Origin: Candidatus Aminicenantes bacterium
GTDB lineage: Bacteria; Acidobacteriota; Aminicenantia; UBA2199
Direction of reading: 5' to 3'
Length of the DNA stretch: 64,000 nt
Assembly: GCA_963732485.1 (NCBI GenBank)
Contig: CAVSZS010000005.1
Location: forward strand, 218,685 to 282,684
Positions 60,391 to 64,000 of the stretch are shown here, in pieces (the stretch's first letter is position 1; every line of letters starts with the position of its first letter). Below the pieces are notes generated by a model. It was not told the DNA's origin and ran no database searches. It saw only the letters and a program-made list of their open reading frames with translations. Position numbers and translations under genes: made by a program.

Positions 60391-61410
60391 ATGCCGAAGA
60401 GCGCTTATGAGAAGGCCGGGGTCAGCATCGATCGCGGCAACCAGGCTGTCGAGCGCATCAAGTCCATGGTCAAGCGCATGGGCGTGCAGGAGATCGGCAA
60501 GTTCGGCGGCTTCTTCCCCCTGAAGGGCGCCATGAAGAACCCCATCCTGGTTTCCTCGGCCGACGGCGTGGGTACCAAGCTCAAGGTCGCTTTCATGATG
60601 AATGTCCACGACACCGTGGGCCGCGACCTGGTCAACCATTGCGTCAACGACATCCTGGTCTACGGCGCCCGGCCGCTTTTCTTCCTGGACTACCTGGCCG
60701 CGGGGCGGGTCGATCCCAAGGTGGTCGGCGCGGTCGTCTCCGGCGTGCTGGACGGCTGCCTGGACAACGAGATGGTGCTGCTGGGCGGCGAGACTGCCGA
60801 GATGCCCGGGTTTTACCAGGAGGGCGAATACGATATCGCCGGTTTCATCGTCGGCATCGTGGGCAAGGAGAACGTGGTGGACGGCACGTCCATCCGCAAG
60901 GGCGACCTGCTCATCGGGCTGCCGTCGTCGGGGCTGCACACCAACGGCTACTCCCTGGCGCGGCACATCGTTTTCGAAACACTCAACCTGAAGGCGAGCA
61001 GCACGGTCAGCGGGCTGGAACTGTCCATCGGCCGGGAGTTGCTGCGCGTCCACCGTTCCTACTTGAAGCCGGTCCAGCCGCTGCTTGCGGAAAAACTGCT
61101 CAAGGGCATGGCGCATATCACCGGCGGCGGGCTGCTGGAGAACGTGCCGCGCATCCTGCCGGAAAGCGCCGCCGTGGTCATCGAAAAGACCTGGCCCGTG
61201 CCGCCGCTGTTCTCCTTCCTGGTCCAGGCCGGCAGCATCGCGGAAACCGAGCGCTACCGCGTCTTCAACATGGGCATCGGCATGGTGCTGGTCATCGAGC
61301 CCAAAAAACTCAGCCGCGTCGAGGCGGTCCTGCAGGCGGCGGGGGAGGAGTACTTTCTGATCGGGCAGGTGACCGAGAACCGGGGCGGGGCTAGGGTGCG
61401 CATCCAATGA
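60391..61410 (+). CDS. purM: Phosphoribosylformylglycinamidine cyclo-ligase (AIR synthetase)
   Basis: PurM N-terminal and C-terminal domain motifs (GGFFPL.., DGVGTKL, HITGGG). Confidence 0.9.
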   Translation: MPKSAYEKAGVSIDRGNQAVERIKSMVKRMGVQEIGKFGGFFPLKGAMKNPILVSSADGVGTKLKVAFMMNVHDTVGRDLVNHCVNDILVYGARPLFFLDYLAAGRVDPKVVGAVVSGVLDGCLDNEMVLLGGETAEMPGFYQEGEYDIAGFIVGIVGKENVVDGTSIRKGDLLIGLPSSGLHTNGYSLARHIVFETLNLKASSTVSGLELSIGRELLRVHRSYLKPVQPLLAEKLLKGMAHITGGGLLENVPRILPESAAVVIEKTWPVPPLFSFLVQAGSIAETERYRVFNMGIGMVLVIEPKKLSRVEAVLQAAGEEYFLIGQVTENRGGARVRIQ

Positions 61411-61760
61411 AAACATGGGCGGCGGCGATCGTTCTGTTTCCGTTCCTGGCAATGGCTTTGCCGGCGGCCAGCATTTACGTGGTCAGCTACGAGAGCCAGG
61501 CCGACGTGAAGGTGTTCGTGGTCACGTATGAAAGCCAGGCCGATCTGTGCGTGCGCCGGGTGCGCTACGAGAGCCAGGCCGGCGATGCCGACGAATTCTG
61601 GCATTATGTGAAGTACGAGAGCCAGGCCGGCGTGAAGGTTTTTTTTGTAAACGTCGAAAGCCAGGCCGATATCAGGGTCCATTTCGTCCGCCATGACAGC
61701 CAGGCCGGCTGGCGCACCCAGAGCCCCTTCCAGGGCCGGCTGGCCGCGGGGGTCCGGTGA
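61407..61760 (+). CDS. Small secreted tandem-repeat protein (six ~14-aa YESQA[DG] repeats)
   Basis: Signal peptide, then repeats YESQADVKVFVV / YESQADLCVRRVR / YESQAGDADEFWHYVK / YESQAGVKVFFVNV / ESQADIRVHFVRH / DSQAGW. Its start overlaps the purM stop (ATGA). The repeat core GAGAGCCAGGCCG is nearly identical across copies. Confidence 0.55.
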   Translation: MKTWAAAIVLFPFLAMALPAASIYVVSYESQADVKVFVVTYESQADLCVRRVRYESQAGDADEFWHYVKYESQAGVKVFFVNVESQADIRVHFVRHDSQAGWRTQSPFQGRLAAGVR

Positions 61761-62572
61761 AGCGGGCGGTATTGCTTTCGTTCCTGGCCTTCGTCGCCAT
61801 GAACGTTTTTCTGCCGCTTCATGCGGGCGAGACGTTGACCCTGGCCTCGACCACCTCGACCCTGGATTCGGGGCTCTTTGACGCCCTCATTCCCCCCTTC
61901 GAAAAAAAATTCCATTGCACGGTGAAAATCATCGCCGTGGGCAGCGGCCAGGCCATCCGCCTCGGCCGTGACGGCAATGCCGACGTGCTGCTGGTCCATG
62001 ACCGCGAGGCCGAGGAGAAGTTCGTGGCCGACGGTTTCGGGGTGGAACGTCTCGATGTGATGCACAACGATTTCGTCCTGGTGGGGCCCGGGAACGATCC
62101 GGCCGGGGTCCGCGGCCTGAAAGCGGAGGATGTTTTCAGGAAGATCGCCAGCGCCGCCGCCCCCTTCGCGTCTCGCGGCGACGACTCCGGCACGCACAAG
62201 AAGGAGCAGCAGCTGTGGCGGGCGGCCGGCCTCGCCCCCACCGGCGCCTGGTATCTCGAGAGCGGTTCGGGCATGGAGGCCACCCTGCGCATCGCCAATG
62301 AAAAGCGGGCCTACTGCCTGGTCGACCGCGCCACCTGGTTGGCGCATCGCGGCGAGATCGACGCGCTGGTGCTCCTGGCGGAAGGCGATGGCCGGCTGTT
62401 CAATCCGTATTCGGTGATCGTCGTTTCCCCGGCGAAGTTCGCCTGGGTGAACGCCGGGCTGGCCGCGCGTTTCGCCGGCTTCATCCGTTCGCCCGAGGGC
62501 CAGGCCATCATCCGCGACTTCGGCAGGGAGCGCTTTGGCAGCGCCCTCTTTTTCCCCGATGTCGTGCGCTGA
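61757..62572 (+). CDS. tupA: Tungstate ABC transporter substrate-binding protein
   Basis: Signal peptide and the TupA/WtpA-type anion-binding motif TTSTLDSGLFD in a PBP fold. Confidence 0.8.
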   Translation: MKRAVLLSFLAFVAMNVFLPLHAGETLTLASTTSTLDSGLFDALIPPFEKKFHCTVKIIAVGSGQAIRLGRDGNADVLLVHDREAEEKFVADGFGVERLDVMHNDFVLVGPGNDPAGVRGLKAEDVFRKIASAAAPFASRGDDSGTHKKEQQLWRAAGLAPTGAWYLESGSGMEATLRIANEKRAYCLVDRATWLAHRGEIDALVLLAEGDGRLFNPYSVIVVSPAKFAWVNAGLAARFAGFIRSPEGQAIIRDFGRERFGSALFFPDVVR

Positions 62573-62584
62573 GACCCCGCTGCC

Positions 62585-63270
62585 ATGAGCTACCTTCTCG
62601 ACGGCCTGCGCCAGGGCGCGGCGCTGCTGCTGCCTCCCGGGCGCGAGATCCTGCAGGTCATCGCCCTGTCGCTGCTTGTCTCGGGGGCAGCGACGGCACT
62701 GGCCTCCCTGGCGGCCATCCCCGCCGCCCTGTTTCTCGCCCTGCGGGATTTTCGCGGCAAGCGCATCGTGGTCGGCTTGCTCAATACCGCCATGGCGGTG
62801 CCGGCCGTGCTTATCGGCCTGCTGGTGTACGGGCTGGTCAGCCGCCGCGGCCCGCTGGGGGCGCTGGGGCTGCTGTTCACCCCGGGGGCCATGGTCCTGG
62901 CCCAGGCGCTGCTGGCTTTTCCGCTCATCACCGCCCTGGCGCTGGCGGCGCTGAAAGGGGTGGCGCGCGAGACCCGCGACCTGGCCTTGTCGCTGGGAGC
63001 CGGCCGCAGCCAACTGGCCGCCGCCGTCATCCGCCAGGGACGCTTCGCCTTCCTGACCGCCATCATCGCCGGATTTTCGCGGGTCATCGGCGAAACCGGC
63101 ATGACGCTGATGGTCGGGGGCAATATCAAGGGGCAGACGCGTGTTCTGACCACGGCCATCTCCCTGGAAACGATGAAGGGGAACTTCGAAATCGGCATCG
63201 CCCTGGGCATCGTGCTGCTGCTGGCGGCGCTGGCGATCAATGTGGCGCTGCAGGTCGCGCAGGGGAAATA

Positions 63271-63271
<1 letters not shown>
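62585..63271 (+). CDS. tupB: Tungstate ABC transporter permease
   Basis: Five or six TM helices and an ABC permease EAA-like loop (LGAGRSQLAAAVIRQGRFAFLTAII). Confidence 0.8.

Positions 63272-64000
<729 letters not shown>

Noticed and set aside
61440-61740. Possible CRISPR-like array because of a ~42-bp periodic repeat of GAGAGCCAGGCCG
   Set aside because: The conserved unit is only 13-16 nt, with ~26-nt variable parts, and the period is an exact multiple of 3. The region reads as an in-frame 14-aa protein repeat with a signal peptide and is translationally coupled to purM. There are no cas genes.

Overview
High-GC (~65%) bacterial chromosomal segment, probably from an uncultivated lineage, dominated by housekeeping and cell-envelope genes. 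Left part: 5'-partial GlmS with a large insertion; an MBOAT acyltransferase, GT-C-like membrane protein and HdrD/DsrK-like membrane Fe-S oxidoreductase on the minus strand; GerMN and AmiC; a tmRNA, tRNA-Asp and tRNA-Val cluster; a radical-SAM/SPASM enzyme with a CsgG-like secretion protein and a divergent small ORF in an AT-rich island; a Ser/Thr kinase with Reg_prop/Y_Y_Y ectodomain coupled to a PAS protein; an S9 peptidase, an M23 peptidase, a split-type methylmalonyl-CoA mutase B12 subunit, an unusual response regulator, valS, birA, a cNMP-FHA protein and nrdJ. Centre: a dcw cluster (mraZ-rsmH-ftsL-ftsI-murE-murF-murD-ftsW-murC-ftsQ-ftsA-ftsZ) lacking mraY, murG, murB and ddl, with recognisable MraZ operator repeats. 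Right part: an APC permease and methyltransferase, a secreted ankyrin-MBL fusion, an SBBP repeat protein, a GntR/ECF-sigma/ABC-transporter operon, a HutI-like/Memo-like/PcnB-like operon, a PPIase, a frameshifted murB, a frameshifted comF, purM, a YESQA tandem-repeat secreted protein, and tupABC (tungstate ABC transporter). Three apparent frameshifts all fall on CCCGG motifs, which suggests a systematic sequence artefact. No CRISPR array, integrase or transposase was recognised. All calls rest on motif-level reading of the supplied six-frame translations; no database searches were run.
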